Positions 11,559 to 24,303 are shown, counted from the whole stretch's first letter. The stretch is 62,935 nucleotides of DNA, filler included, from Rhabdomonas costata (GCA_019059605.1; 51 parts of 51 records of this genome joined end to end with filler, not necessarily neighbours in it); one strand, 5' to 3'. Program-made: numbers and translations. The notes: generated from the letters alone by a model not told the origin.

Positions 11559-13087
11559 GTCCGAAGGGAAAAGGAGGAAAGACGGGTGGCAGGGGTGGGG
11601 GTGATAATGCTCCGCTACGCTCCCCGCTTTCTGCGCGCTTAATTGATGGGGATGAGCGGCACATTGACCGGACATTTCAGGAGTCCTAGTACACCACGAA
11701 ATATGAGCCGAACAGCCACCCTAGCTCGAGTTCTGGTGTTAATGTTACTTTCTTTGTACGGTCCGGCCAGGCCCGGGTTTCGGTTTTCAAGTTGAGTGAA
11801 GTGCATGTAAAATGCTTGGCGGTGTGCTCTTGGTTTCTGTTTCAACCGAGATTACCCACCCGATTATGGTATACACGTGTTAACTGGAGTTTTTTTCGAG
11901 GAGTGTGTGACGTGCTTTCTTCCACTTTTTAATGGAACGCAAACTTCCAGAGCATATCTAGAGTTCAGGAGTGCCTCCACAGCAGGGTGGAAAAAGGAGA
12001 CATTATCTTCCAGAAAGGGGAACTTTCGGGGGGCTGATTCGGGAGGAGGACATATAATTCAGGATCACCTGGAATTGGCCGACCCTGATTGAACCCTGAC
12101 CGCTCCTTATCGCGATTGGTATGTCAGCACGGACCATCCCACTTGTGCTGGTGTACTGCGGACGATGCTTTGGGAGGCGGCCCCACTTTTCTAGTGATTT
12201 CCCAACGTCAACAAGTCAAAACGTCAAGCGTTTTACTTGCACTTCACTCAACTTGAAAACCAACANNNNNNNNNNNNNNNNNNNNNNNNNNNNNNNNNNN
12301 NNNNNNNNNTTAATTAATTAANNNNNNNNNNNNNNNNNNNNNNNNNNNNNNNNNNNNNNNNNNNNGGTGGGGAGGGGGGCGACCTCTGAACAGTGAAATT
12401 CGAGGTCACCGGGAGGCAAATAAAGGGATGTTTTGAAAGAAATAAAACACCTACGGAGATATTAATATGTGACATTTACGATGTATCTTGATACACCTTG
12501 TAACTAACGGTATAAATGCAACACTGTGCATGTGTTGGGAAGGGAGCAACAAACACATGTGCTGAGGAAAATAATATAACTAAAATGACTAAAAACAGAA
12601 AACCAACCAAATCCAACGCGAGACAATTACTGGGGCGCAGCTGGCGTTCCAGCAAAAAATGCAGTGTTCGGACTTTGGGTTTTAGCAAGGCTGGAAGGTT
12701 TCCATCTCACCTCCCCTGTAAAAATTGAGCTTGGTGGAGCGGATGGCGATAGGCGGTGCTGTTTGCTGGATAGATGGTTGGAAGAAAGCGATCCAAAAGA
12801 ACCTTTTTTCTCAAACATGTTGAATCGAGAGTATGGGAAAGAGGTGGAACGTAAGGGCGACCCCCACGTCGCCGACTGTTTCTTAAACTGCGGTTCTAGC
12901 AGTGTCCTTCCGGTGGAGTGCCAGCGTGCGAGGATACAGGAGCGGCAGCGTGGTGCCACCATGTTCTTTTAGACAGACAGTGTGGTTCAGTCTTACTTTG
13001 CTGAATCACAGCTGAATCAGAAACAGTCGTTCGGGTGCGCTGGCACACTTTTCACAGAAGGAATATTTGTTTCATTTCAGCTGTCAG

Positions 13088-13235
13088 TTGCTTGGCGGTC
13101 TGGTCTATACTGCTATCACCCCCTGCAAGCAGGGGCCAGCTATCGGCGACTATTTCAATACCGTGAAGCTCAACGGGGCCAAGGGCATTGGGAACGTTGT
13201 CGTGAGCTGTTTCGGCAGAATGGAACCCAGCCAGG
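13088..13235 (+). CDS. Internal exon, unknown protein
   Basis: AG/GT-bounded LLGGLVYTAITPCKQGPAIGDYFNTVKLNGAKGIGNVVVSCFGRMEPSQ; the acceptor could instead be at 13080. Confidence 0.45.
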
Positions 13236-13702
13236 GTAGTCCTGGGCTTGCCGAACTGATACAAGTCCCTTTTCTATTACGGCGATTATATCAGAAAATG
13301 ATATTGAAGCGGACTCGATAGGCCGATGATTCAGGCGGGCAATTTCCATTCCCAGCAAAGCAATCAAGAGACCGCCTCCAGTGTTGGGCTGCGTCACCGC
13401 AAACGTTGCAGAGGAACGGCGGTGCGCAAGGGTGGGGAAGGGCGGGCGAGGGTGAATGATATGTCATTAGAAACAAGATGGAAAATGGGCAAACAAAACA
13501 ANNNNNNNNNNNNNNNNNNNNNNNNNNNNNNNNNNNNNNNNNNNNTTAATTAATTAANNNNNNNNNNNNNNNNNNNNNNNNNNNNNNNNNNNNNNNNNNN
13601 NGTTGTTTTGTATTTTTCTTGTTGTGCAGTGCATTGCGAATTTTCCCGTTTCTTGTCACATCTGACCTGTTTGCCGCGGCGTCTCGTGGGAGTCATTTAG
13701 GA

Positions 13703-14606
13703 ATGGCTGTGGTAGCCAAACCAGGACCGGCAAAATTTGGCCCCCAGCGCATTCCCGCTGAAATTTTGGAAGATGCCGAGCTGAACCGCTGCATCGCCAA
13801 GCTCCCGCAGAACTACAACTTTGAGATTCACAAGACGATTTTTCGGATCAGGCAGGTCCAACCGAGAGAGAGATTGTGCCTGTGTATGTATCGGTGTCAT
13901 CTGAGTTGGTTACAAAGCGAACGCAATTGACGTAACAGCTTCTGCGGACAGGCAGACGAAGCCATACCCTGGAGGGCCTTGTGCCCAACATTGTGCCCTT
14001 GTTGGTTCAAAAAAAGCGCGACGACGTAATCTGAAAATTCCTCTTATATTGTGCTCATTTTCAACCCCAGCTTTTTTGGTTCCCCTGTCTCTCCAGTTCT
14101 GCAGGTATTCCCATTACCTCATTGGCTGAGACAGCACTGTGCATCTTTCACTAGGGTTAGCTGGCGAGGCTGTAGCAATGCACTTTGGACTGGGGGTATT
14201 CTGCGGGTGAACCGTTTCCGTACCTGGCCATCTCCTGCAGCCACTAGACGCAAAACTCTCGTGCAGTGTCTCCATCTCCGCGTCAACTTGGCCCATGTCG
14301 TCTCAGGTCGTTTTGGAGACCACCGTTCGCCGACCGCTGTAGGCTCCAGGGCAGCGTGTCCGCATGTCAAAGTTTTTGCAAGTGGCGTGCGTGTGTCTCA
14401 GGCTGGAGCGAAGCGCGTTGCGCTGCAGTTTCCGGAGGGGTTGCAGCTGTTTGCGCTGCCCATCAGTGACATTCTGAACCACTTCAGTGGAGCCACAGAA
14501 ACCGTGGTGCTGGGCGATGTGACGTACGGCGCATGCTGCGTGGACGACTTCACCGCAGAGGCCCTGGGATGCGACTTCCTGGTGCACTACGGGCATAGCT
14601 GTCTAG
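13703..14606 (+). CDS. DPH1: Diphthamide biosynthesis protein 1; exons 13703-13855 and 14402-14606 (partial)
   Basis: IPAEILED...[32 protein letters not shown]...[32 protein letters not shown]; phase-0 GT-AG intron 13856-14401. Confidence 0.96.
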
Positions 14607-14724
14607 GTCCTCCGGGAAAACGCGTGCCTTGCGGGATGGGAGTGGGGCGGGGGCTGCAGCAATGCACTTTGGACTGGGGGTATTCTGCGGGTGAACCGTT
14701 TCCGTACCTGGCCATCTCCTGCAG
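14174..14724 (+). repeat. Identical 67-bp direct repeat in two successive DPH1 introns (14174-14240, 14658-14724)
   Basis: AGCAATGCACTTTGGACTGGGGGTATTCTGCGGGTGAACCGTTTCCGTACCTGGCCATCTCCTGCAG occurs twice. Confidence 0.92.
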
Positions 14725-15284
14725 AATACCACCCAACNNNNNNNNNNNNNNNNNNNNNNNNNNNNNNNNNNNNNNNNNNNNTTAATTAATTAANNNNNNN
14801 NNNNNNNNNNNNNNNNNNNNNNNNNNNNNNNNNNNNNGTGTTGGGTGTGGTTGGGTGGGTTTGTCATTTGCCATCCAGGGAGCTGCTTGGTTGGTCATCA
14901 TTGGTGGTGGGTAATATTCTTCGCTGCACTTCAAATGTTAAAAGCGTCCATCAAAAGAGCGTGCCGAGCAGCGAAAACTGTTGAGAAATGAAAATTGAAC
15001 TAATTCCAATTTGAATGTCGAAAAGTTTTCCTCATGTGAAGCAGGCAAAGTCGCGATTTGGTTTGCTTGCGTCCACTTTAAGTGCGCATATGACAGATGT
15101 CAGGTGTGATGTTTACAGAAGAGTTTTTTTGGCTGGCGAAAAGCATCCGCCCCTTCTCGTCTCCGTCGTAGTTGCTCATCCTACTTGCTTGAACCCATCT
15201 CGGAGCCCGCATATGCCGCGCAGCCGATACACCGGGAAACAGTGCGACAAATGGCACGGATTTCCCTGGTTTCCTTCCTTCCAG

Positions 15285-15490
15285 GAGGAGGCATCGTGTG
15301 ATTCCGCTGCTTGTGGAACTCTTCCGCGACGTCGGGGCTCTGTCCGGGTTTGGGCTGGACGAGGACACCCTGTTCCGGTTCCTGGTGTGCGTAATGAAGC
15401 TGTACCGCGCCGTGCCCTACCACAACTTCTTCCACGCCGTGGACGTGGCACAGTTCGTGTACCTCTTCATGAAGTTCATCGAAAACACAG
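15285..15490 (+). CDS. Exon of class I cyclic-nucleotide phosphodiesterase catalytic domain
   Basis: LFRFLVCVMKLYRAVPYHNFFHAVDVAQFVY contains the YHN-x-x-HA-x-DV-x-Q signature; AG/GT bounded. Confidence 0.92.
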
Positions 15491-17743
15491 GTGTGCATGT
15501 GTGTGTGTTTCAGCGTACTTGCCCTCACCTCGACCCCGTCGAGTTGTCCAGTCAACCATCCGCATCGACCACGCAAAAGCAAGAAGATGTGCGAGACAGG
15601 AAGACGCATCGGCCGCCGGACAAGTGGACTTCATCAGACGTCCGTGGCTGTCAGTCGGCTTCTGGCGATGCTTCCCTTCTTTTTATTTTGCCTCGTTCTG
15701 CTATCGTTTGTATCACCCCCGGATCCAGAATAGCCCTCCCCACCACCGCGCGCGCACACACACACACCTACACAGACTCCAATGCGACGAGGGCTGTATC
15801 ATAACCACGACCCAAGACACAAACACGGAAGAGGAGCCAAGCATCGATCCAGAGTACCAACATTTGAAAAAGCACCACCAGCCCAGAGAGACACAGCGGA
15901 CCCAGTACCGCTTTTTTCTGGTACTTTGGATTCAGCAAAGCCCCTTGGTGTGTCTTAAAAGAAACCCCCCACCNNNNNNNNNNNNNNNNNNNNNNNNNNN
16001 NNNNNNNNNNNNNNNNNTTAATTAATTAANNNNNNNNNNNNNNNNNNNNNNNNNNNNNNNNNNNNNNNNNNNNTTTTGTTTTTCAGATCAGTGAAAAATG
16101 ATTAAGGTGTCGCTTCTTCCAAATGTACCCCTTTCCAACTTTTCCGCGCTCCCAACCTCCCAGCGCTGCTCTGGGGACTGCCCGTTCCTGATTGTCCTTT
16201 TACGCTTGAGGCGGGAAGTTCGCCGTGTCCTCGGGCGTCACACGTGATTCTGCTGTTTGTGCATTTTTTCCAAAGTGCTACGTCCTCACGGTTTGGCAGC
16301 TGCTTTGCGTTTTTGCTGTGTTTTTTCGTTATTGCGCAGTGCAGTGCAGTGCAACTGTGGTCCAGTCGCCCTGCACTGCAGCCTGGGCTGCTGCAGCTCC
16401 CTCCGCGCGCGTGCTTTTGTGCTGGTGCGTGGGTGGGTGCAAAGCGCGGGCTTCTCGCCAGGCCTTCGCCTGTCTGAACACGTACATTATCAGGCAGTGT
16501 GCCGTCGGGCTGAGCTTTTGTGGTCATCTCTGCCCAACGCTTTGGTTTCTTTCCTGGCTGCGTTGTTCTTTGCGGTTTCATCGCTCAGGCTTTTTTTGTG
16601 GTTGTGTCATGACTTGAAAAACAAGCGTTGGACCACCTATTTCACCGAGTAGTGACCGCACTCATGACTACTCTGCTCCCCTACCTATTCCACCCAACAT
16701 ATTGTTTCGTTCTTTTGTTGCCCTCCCCCCTCCCTTGGATGCAAACTTGGGGTCCTTCCCCGGGGTGCCGAACCCTTGAACGACTTGGGAGCAAAGAGAA
16801 GTTTCGATGGAAACGTAAGCCCTATGAGGAAACTGCCTAAAGACCTCAGGGTGCACTCATTCGTGGTGGCGGAGGTTCAGGATTTTCGTTCCCCGCACTG
16901 CCCCCATCCCGTTAAAATCGCGACAGGGTCCCGACTGTCTGGATATCTCGTGTTTCGTCTCCACAGCGTTGTGTTTTGGTTTTCTATTTTGATTCATCGT
17001 GCCTTTTTTCTATATGTCCAGAAGCTCTATGGCCTTCAGGAATACCGTTGCTTCCCCATCCGAGTCCCGGTCAGTGGATACCTCCGACAATCTGTGTGTA
17101 ATTATGGACAGGTATTTATGAGGGGGCGGGGATGGGGAAGCAACGGTATTCCTGAAGGCCATAGAGCTTCTGGACATATAGAAAAAAGGCACGATGAATC
17201 AAAACACAANNNNNNNNNNNNNNNNNNNNNNNNNNNNNNNNNNNNNNNNNNNNTTAATTAATTAANNNNNNNNNNNNNNNNNNNNNNNNNNNNNNNNNNN
17301 NNNNNNNNNGTGGGTTTTTGTGCGGGCCACTTTCTTCCTCTTTGTGTGTCTTCGCAGCCCTCGGCCGCCACGCAATTGTTTCGTTTTCCTCCTCTCTTTC
17401 TCTTCACTTCTCTTCCCCATTCTCCAGCTATCACCCTTCCTCCGTCCCCACTACCCTTTCCTGTTTATCCCCCTTTGCGACACCACGCCCTCTTTTGTCC
17501 CCTTCTTCGCAACCTCCGATTTTTCTTCCCAGTTCAGTTTTTGTTTTTTGCGTCCCCCCTTCACATCTTTTCGCTTCCTTGTTACAGAGTGTCTGTTTGT
17601 TGCTGAACTCCGCTGCAAATACTACTGTGCCCATATAGAACGTCATAGGGCAAACACGTGGCAATCGCACCTTTTCTAGGAGTATATTGGAGGACTGCAG
17701 TACATTGGGGCGAACAGGGGGTCGGTTCTGATCCAGAGCGCAC

Positions 17744-17861
17744 CTGAGGCGAGGGTGCAGTCAAAGACGTGCAGCAACGCCGTCAGTCCCACCAAAGAGT
17801 TTTCCGTGAAAACGTCTGCCTTCGTGAAGTTGTCCACGCAAAGGAAGTCCAGCACAAATCC
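17744..17861 (-). CDS. Internal exon, unknown protein
   Basis: AG/GT-bounded GFVLDFLCVDNFTKADVFTENSLVGLTALLHVFDCTLAS. Confidence 0.45.
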
Positions 17862-18898
17862 CTGTTGGTATCGGCGAGTCAGAAGTCTCCAAGCAGCTCA
17901 TTCCCCTCAAAAGGACGGAGATAACGATGAGGACTGTTATAGAAGTTCCGCCAAAGGGAGCACTATTCTGATCAAAAAGTCTCTAAAATTAAAAAAACAC
18001 ATTGAAGAAGGATGGAAACATACTCATTCCGAATTTTGGTCGCAGCCCATTTTGAGAAGGAATGCCTCCAACGTAAAAAAAAAGAAGAATCGCAAAAAAG
18101 TCCCCAACGTTCATGAACCTGTGATTCGGCAGCTCGCCCCCCCCCGCCACTCCCATTCAACTCCCGTTCCCGTTCCAATTTCCCGTGTCAATTAACACGG
18201 GGCTATGCCTGATCTTTCAATCAGATGAAAAAAATAAACTATATGCCCGACATTCATATGTTAACGAGGATCATAACGAGATGCACTAACAGCCAAAAAA
18301 AAACCACCAAGTTGTCACGGAAAGAAATAAGCACACCACGCCCCAGTCAAGGTCAGCCTTGCAGATGACCAACAAAATATCCACTAGCACAGCGCACTGA
18401 GCCACGTTCAACGGAAGGGTCAGCGCTACCTAACGCACAAACCACANNNNNNNNNNNNNNNNNNNNNNNNNNNNNNNNNNNNNNNNNNNNTTAATTAATT
18501 AANNNNNNNNNNNNNNNNNNNNNNNNNNNNNNNNNNNNNNNNNNNNGTGGGGGGGGGTGGATTGCGGAGCATAACCGAAAACGAATTCACCACAGTGGTT
18601 GGTTGTCCCCACAGGGCTCCGGGGCTACCCTGTTAGGCTGTCCCAGTGTGTCTCTTTTGCTGCTGAGGCTTGAGCCTTTGAGTAATTTAAGTTCAATCCG
18701 CGAGCAAACGCTGAAAAAGATAAAAAGATGGACAAAAAATGTTCAGCTTAGAGGAGAGGGAACGATGCCTCATGCCATCAAGTATTTGCTCACGTTGCGA
18801 AGGGAACCCAGCCATTCTTCGTCTGCGTGGCACGGGCACAAAAATCAATAGCAAACAGGGGTTTGCGCGGTTTTATCTTCTTGTTTTTCGCGGCCCAG

Positions 18899-19041
18899 GC
18901 CCGTCCATATATACCCCCAACACCATCTCGACGGGTTCTGACGTGGCCTTCATGTTCTTCGGGCAGAACCTGAACGACACCGGCGACTCGGTCCTGGTTG
19001 TCTACAACAGCTCCTGCACTGGAGCCGGGGCGTTCAGCCAG
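18899..19041 (+). CDS. Exon of probable extracellular beta-rich repeat protein
   Basis: PSIYTPNTISTGSDVAFMFFGQNLNDTGDSVLVVYNSSCTGAGAFSQ, GC3-rich with N-glycosylation sequons; followed by GCACGC (GC donor). Confidence 0.55.
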
Positions 19042-19436
19042 GCACGCACCTCTTGCACCACTTGTTCTTTTTGTCCCTTTGTTGCCACAATTTCAGGGTT
19101 GCTGCGAGAAGGCAGTTGCCAACTTACAAAAGAAAGATCACAAAAAGCACAACGTCAACAGGTCGCGACAACCTGTGAGACAGATATAGAAAGGGTTCGG
19201 TTTCTGTTATGCAGGCAACCCTACAAAAGAATCAAAAATCACCAGGGGTAACGGCTCACTGCCACCACCACGGCCGCCGCCGGTATCCGCAAACGCAGTG
19301 CGCCATTTCAAAGCGGTAGCTGAGCGCAGCGCCCGCGGCAAGCTCCCAAAATCGGCTCCTTGCCGCAGCAAGTGCCAGTGGGTGACGCCACCATTTGGAG
19401 GGGTAACCGCGTCGTTTGACAAAGCAATGAGCTCGC

Positions 19437-19596
19437 CTCCAAGATGTAAATGCGGACGTTCCTGTCCATCCGGATCTTGGCGGCAAGCCCCGACAGCAGG
19501 GAGTGAAGCAGCTGCTTCAGCCGGGGATCGTCCCATCCCGGCGAAGTGACGTCCACCGACTCGTCTTGTCGATCGAAATCGTCGTGAAAGGCCAGT
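19437..19596 (-). CDS. Internal exon, unknown protein
   Basis: LAFHDDFDRQDESVDVTSPGWDDPRLKQLLHSLLSGLAAKIRMDRNVRIYILE, GC3-rich; AG acceptor and GCGAG donor. Confidence 0.5.
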
Positions 19597-20090
19597 CTGC
19601 ATTTCAGCGAAGGACCAGCCAGATTTGACAGCAGCGCAACAAGCTCTACCAGAGCAGCAATGAGATGCCCTCCCAACACAACNNNNNNNNNNNNNNNNNN
19701 NNNNNNNNNNNNNNNNNNNNNNNNNNTTAATTAATTAANNNNNNNNNNNNNNNNNNNNNNNNNNNNNNNNNNNNNNNNNNNNTTTTTTTATAGCACGTAC
19801 ACCGTAAACTCAGAACACGTGCTTTTAGCCTTACTATCGTGAAAACGTTTAAAACATATCGTATGCATACACACCGGCCCAGCGGCATTTTATAGCGTTC
19901 CCAGGACTTCAATTGGAAACTCGTAACATACGAAATTCTGAGTTTCGGTAAGTAACTTACCTTAGCAAGAAGAACAAACAGGGGAAAGAGAGAAAAAGAG
20001 GGGAAAGAGAATTTCTAAACAGAAAGAACAACACCCTTTTCGGGGACGGGTACGTTTTTGTCCCAAATCCGGAAATCCGGTGTTCTCAAG

Positions 20091-20836
20091 GCTCTGAAGC
20101 GCGCGGAGGCCTACCGCGTGGCGGGCGCCGACGCGGTTCTGATCCACAGCAAGCGGAAGGACCCCTCGGAGATTGTGGCGTTCATGCAGGCGTGGGGTGG
20201 GCGGCACCCCGTGGTGATCGTGCCCACGGCCTACCCCAACGTCCCTGCGGAGGACTTCGCGAAGATGGGGGTCAGCCTGGTGATCTGGGCTAACCACAAC
20301 CTCAGGGTAGATCCCCCAAGCGGGAGAGTGGGAGAGTTTTAAACTTGGCTCCTCATGAGATATCGCTGAGTGCCATGTCCTTTTTCCCCATCACACCGTC
20401 ACGTGTATCTTGGTGCCTTATTATTCTGCTGTCCCAAACCATTCGCCCGCTCCGGCCGCCGCGGCACTGGCCTTCGCACCTAAAATAATCTTGTCCCATC
20501 TTTCTGCCAAAGCCCAGCAACGACAATTCCAGAAATCTGCAAAATCCAGAAACGTTTGGTGGTGCTAAACTTTTAACGCCACCACCACCACCCTAAAAAT
20601 ACTAATGTCCACATATACGTACCCCGCTTCCAGATTGGCCTCTCATCCTCCTGCTCCCCACCGTCCCACCCACGCAGGCCTCCATCGCAGCGATGCAGGC
20701 CACCTCGAAAGAGATCTTCCAGCGCCGCTCCGTGGCCTCTGTGGAGGCCAAGGTGGTGCCCGTCAACGAGGTCTTCCGCCTGCAGAACCAGGACGAGTAC
20801 CTCCGCTCCGAGGAGGTCTACCTCCCAAAAGTATGA
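20091..20836 (+). CDS. pepM: Phosphoenolpyruvate mutase, C-terminal part; exons 20091-20306 and 20678-20836
   Basis: [21 protein letters not shown]...PVVIVPT...[20 protein letters not shown]...[23 protein letters not shown] matches the PEP mutase C-terminus ([16 protein letters not shown]); phase-0 GT-AG intron. Confidence 0.92.
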
Positions 20837-21038
20837 GCTGGGGAAGGCCGCTCAGGGCGACCCTTACACTGCCTGCGTGTGTTTGTGTGGGTATGCTGGA
20901 AGGCAGACCAACCCCACCNNNNNNNNNNNNNNNNNNNNNNNNNNNNNNNNNNNNNNNNNNNNTTAATTAATTAANNNNNNNNNNNNNNNNNNNNNNNNNN
21001 NNNNNNNNNNNNNNNNNNCTATGGGGTGTGTGGGACAG

Positions 21039-21808
21039 GTCTCCCAATTGATGGCCGTTGTGGGGGCGGTAGCCGCGCTTGAGCTGGGGTCGCCTGGGCA
21101 GCTTCCCCCGCAGTACTTGCAGACCGGGGGGTTCATCCTGGAGTTCCCCCCTGGCGATGTCCCCCCGATGCAGGCACGTGTGTGCGTGTGTCAGTCGTGC
21201 CATTCGCCTGCACAATTAGGCGTCGGTCCTGAGAGACAATGGAGAGTAGTGCGATGCAGCGAGGCGCACAGCGAATAGCAAAGGGGGGCCCATGCCAGGT
21301 CGGGAGCCCAGGGGAGAAGAGAAGTGCAAGTTGCCGTCTTCAAAGCTCAGTGTGGTTGCGATCGTGTGGGGCATTGCATGGTGCTTGGTGTTGGTGCCCA
21401 AGCGTCGCGGTTGCCTCTGAAAATCCAACCCTGCCAGGTCGGACAACAGCACACAACCCACGGATCCGGATTCACCAGCGTCTAATTCACTCAACTCACA
21501 ACTCAACGCACTGATGCCGTCCCACTGCGAATTCTGGACAACGATTTTGCCCTCTGCTTTGTGCAAAAAAAAAATCTCAGAACCCCTACCAGCAGCGCGT
21601 GGAGCAGCTCCGGGCGCTCGCGGACTTCGCCGCGTTCTCGATGGTGCAGAGCCTGCTGCCCACGGAGGGGGGCTGCGTCTCCAGTGGGGGCTCGGCCACG
21701 TCACCCTACCTGCGGACCTGCGTCCGCCGCACCCCCGCCGGGGTTTCCGCGGTGCAGGGTCTCACCATGGCCGTGGATTCCTACCCTGGGCAGCCCTCCG
21801 CCCTGCAG
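21039..21808 (+). CDS. Unknown protein; exons 21039-21173 and 21581-21808
   Basis: Two GC3-rich phase-0 exons, each followed by CAG|GCACG. Confidence 0.6.
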
Positions 21809-22259
21809 GCACGCCACTTCCACTGCCACTACTCTCCAACTCTGAAGAAGTCCCCCCGAAACTATGAGCTTTAGTGCAGATGCTTGCGGGGCATGGACCC
21901 CGAACTCTCTGGAGGCTAGTGCCAGTCGGGCAAGGTCGGACAAAGATGGCATGTGCGGTGTAGTGTATGCTATGCTCGTTACTTCACTTCGATTCAACAT
22001 TCCTTGGATTCCCCGACTTGCCTCCCCCTCCCTCCTTTTCTTGTGCAATTTTGACTGCTTGATAACATCGCAGCAGAGGGATAAAGGAAAAAAACATTTG
22101 TGTGCGAAACGGGTGATATGATTTGTTGTTGAGGATTTGCCGGTCCACACACCCNNNNNNNNNNNNNNNNNNNNNNNNNNNNNNNNNNNNNNNNNNNNTT
22201 AATTAATTAANNNNNNNNNNNNNNNNNNNNNNNNNNNNNNNNNNNNNNNNNNNNGGTTT

Positions 22260-22560
22260 TTGGTGAAATGTGCGTGCAAGTGTAACTTCAAAAATCAGTT
22301 AGCTTTTCATGCATGATCGATGATCTCTTCCATCCGTGTGGTACTAATCAGTGAAAGTAATTGCATTTGGCGATCTGTAGTCAACAAACAATCTCAATTT
22401 GCAGTTGGCTTTTGTCACTCCAGTTACGTTAGAGTTTCTGGCTCTATAAAACCCAGTTCATGCAAAATGTTTCGATGATTTTTCAGCTGTTTGTCTCATC
22501 TAGGGACATACTGCTGGAGTGTGGAATCCATACGGGAACTGAAGCTGGTAAAATTGTTGC
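22260..22560 (-). mobile_element. Highly degenerate Ty3/Gypsy LTR-retrotransposon reverse transcriptase relic
   Basis: Across frames: ELGFIEP ... VTKANCKLRLFVDYRSPNAITFTD*Y ... RMEEIIDHA*KAN*FLKLHL ... FHQ, equivalent to the gypsy motifs LRLCVDYRxLN, PRIDELL, FSKLDL and FHQ, with stops and frameshifts. Confidence 0.75.
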
Positions 22561-23830
22561 AAACTACAAATTTAGCCTTTCATTATCTGTTTATGTTGCT
22601 ATTGCATCACAGGGTGGCCACAGGTGTGTGGTCAACTTTCATTTATCAGTTTCACTACCTCTTTCCTGGGCAAATTCAGTAACTTCCACTTAGATTCTAA
22701 CGCCTTTTCTATAGAAAGCTCATATTTTGTTTTGGTTGGCGTGACTTCTTTAGGCTCAATTGCGGAAACTACACCCGCTGTCACGGTCTTAGACCCACTG
22801 ATACCACGTCATATTTATCAACAACCTGTTTCCATCCTACTGCTAATCTTTCAATTAAAGCGCGCTCACCAAAGGAGTGTCGCGATTCTCCGGTGGCCTG
22901 TAGCTAGCATGTCTGGTGCCTCTCTCCTCCTCCAACACGCTCGTAGTGGGAAGTGATGCCGAAAGAATATATAGCTGGTAAAGGATGAATCTCATATGTC
23001 CGTCCTTTTCTCCACACTTTAACAAAACGGCGTTTACAGTCAATCTGGTTCTGCATCAGAGTCAAAAACGGGTTTCTATGTACCACATGGATTGCCGTCA
23101 CTATCACTCTTATAGCTTTACCGTAACTGTACACAACGAGGAGACCATATAAACCCGTTCACTAATTGAAGGACAGAACAAAAAGCGGTACCTGGCAACT
23201 TACTTTTCCAAGGCGGATGCGGCTGAAGGCTATTTACTGCCGTTCTTCTAACCAATCATTTTCCGAAATCTCTTCTGCCACAAAACTCCATCCACAAAGC
23301 AAAGCTTTATCTTGAGTACAGGAGTCATAACGTCTACATGAGAACTTACATTTAGAAGGGCCATCACTTTGATTCTTTACCACAAAAAANNNNNNNNNNN
23401 NNNNNNNNNNNNNNNNNNNNNNNNNNNNNNNNNTTAATTAATTAANNNNNNNNNNNNNNNNNNNNNNNNNNNNNNNNNNNNNNNNNNNNGGTGGGGGTGC
23501 TGCAGAAGGGCAGCTAATGAGTGGGGCGGGAGGGTGCTCTGCTGTGGGGTACGGTGGTTGCACTTCCCTTCAACAAGGACACGCCCCACAGATCAAGCAT
23601 GGGTGTAGACCTTCGCGTTTGACTAAAGGACTTGACACTTGTTTGTTGCCGTCGGTGTGCGTTTGCTAAATGAAAAGATGGAAAGGAAACACCACGAGCA
23701 CATGTGAAGGAGAGCGTGAATAAGAAAAGCTGCCCCTAACCTACGACTCGCACGGGGTCCTACAGCGATGTTGTCAAACGGGGTTCCTGCTGACCACACA
23801 GCATACAACAGGCAGCACAAAAAACGATAC

Positions 23831-24303
23831 CTTTTCCGGCGGGAGTGACCAGCCCCAGCTCACTGACATTAACCTGCGAGAGGTCAACGGAACGCACGCA
23901 CACGCACACGCCACATGCACACGCATACGCACACCCACACCCACACTCACACCACTTGCACCCACACGCACACGCTCGCGCACGCTCTGCAAAAAAAAAA
24001 AAGCAAGTAGAACTAAGGGGCCTCCACACCATGTAGCATTAACAGAGGTTATGATCATCATCATCAAGGTCCAAAATAAAACCGATTTTTCCAACAACAG
24101 CCACAAAAAGGTGACCATAATACTCAAGTCGCAAGACCACGGGGTTTCGGGGATCACCATAAAGAAACCGGCAGAACGCAAGCAGAGCTCTTCCCGAGCT
24201 CCAGGGAAATGAGGGGGCCCACCTGAACCGCTGAGTGTGGCAAGGCACTGCGAGAACTCACCCAGGACCTCCCGCCGCTTCATCTCTTGGCGCTCCAAAG
24301 CCA
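23831..24303 (-). CDS. Unknown protein; exons 24303-24116 and 23873-23831
   Basis: ...CLRSAGFFMVIPETPWSCDLSIM|VNVSELGLVTPAGK joined by a phase-0 GT-AG intron. Confidence 0.45.
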
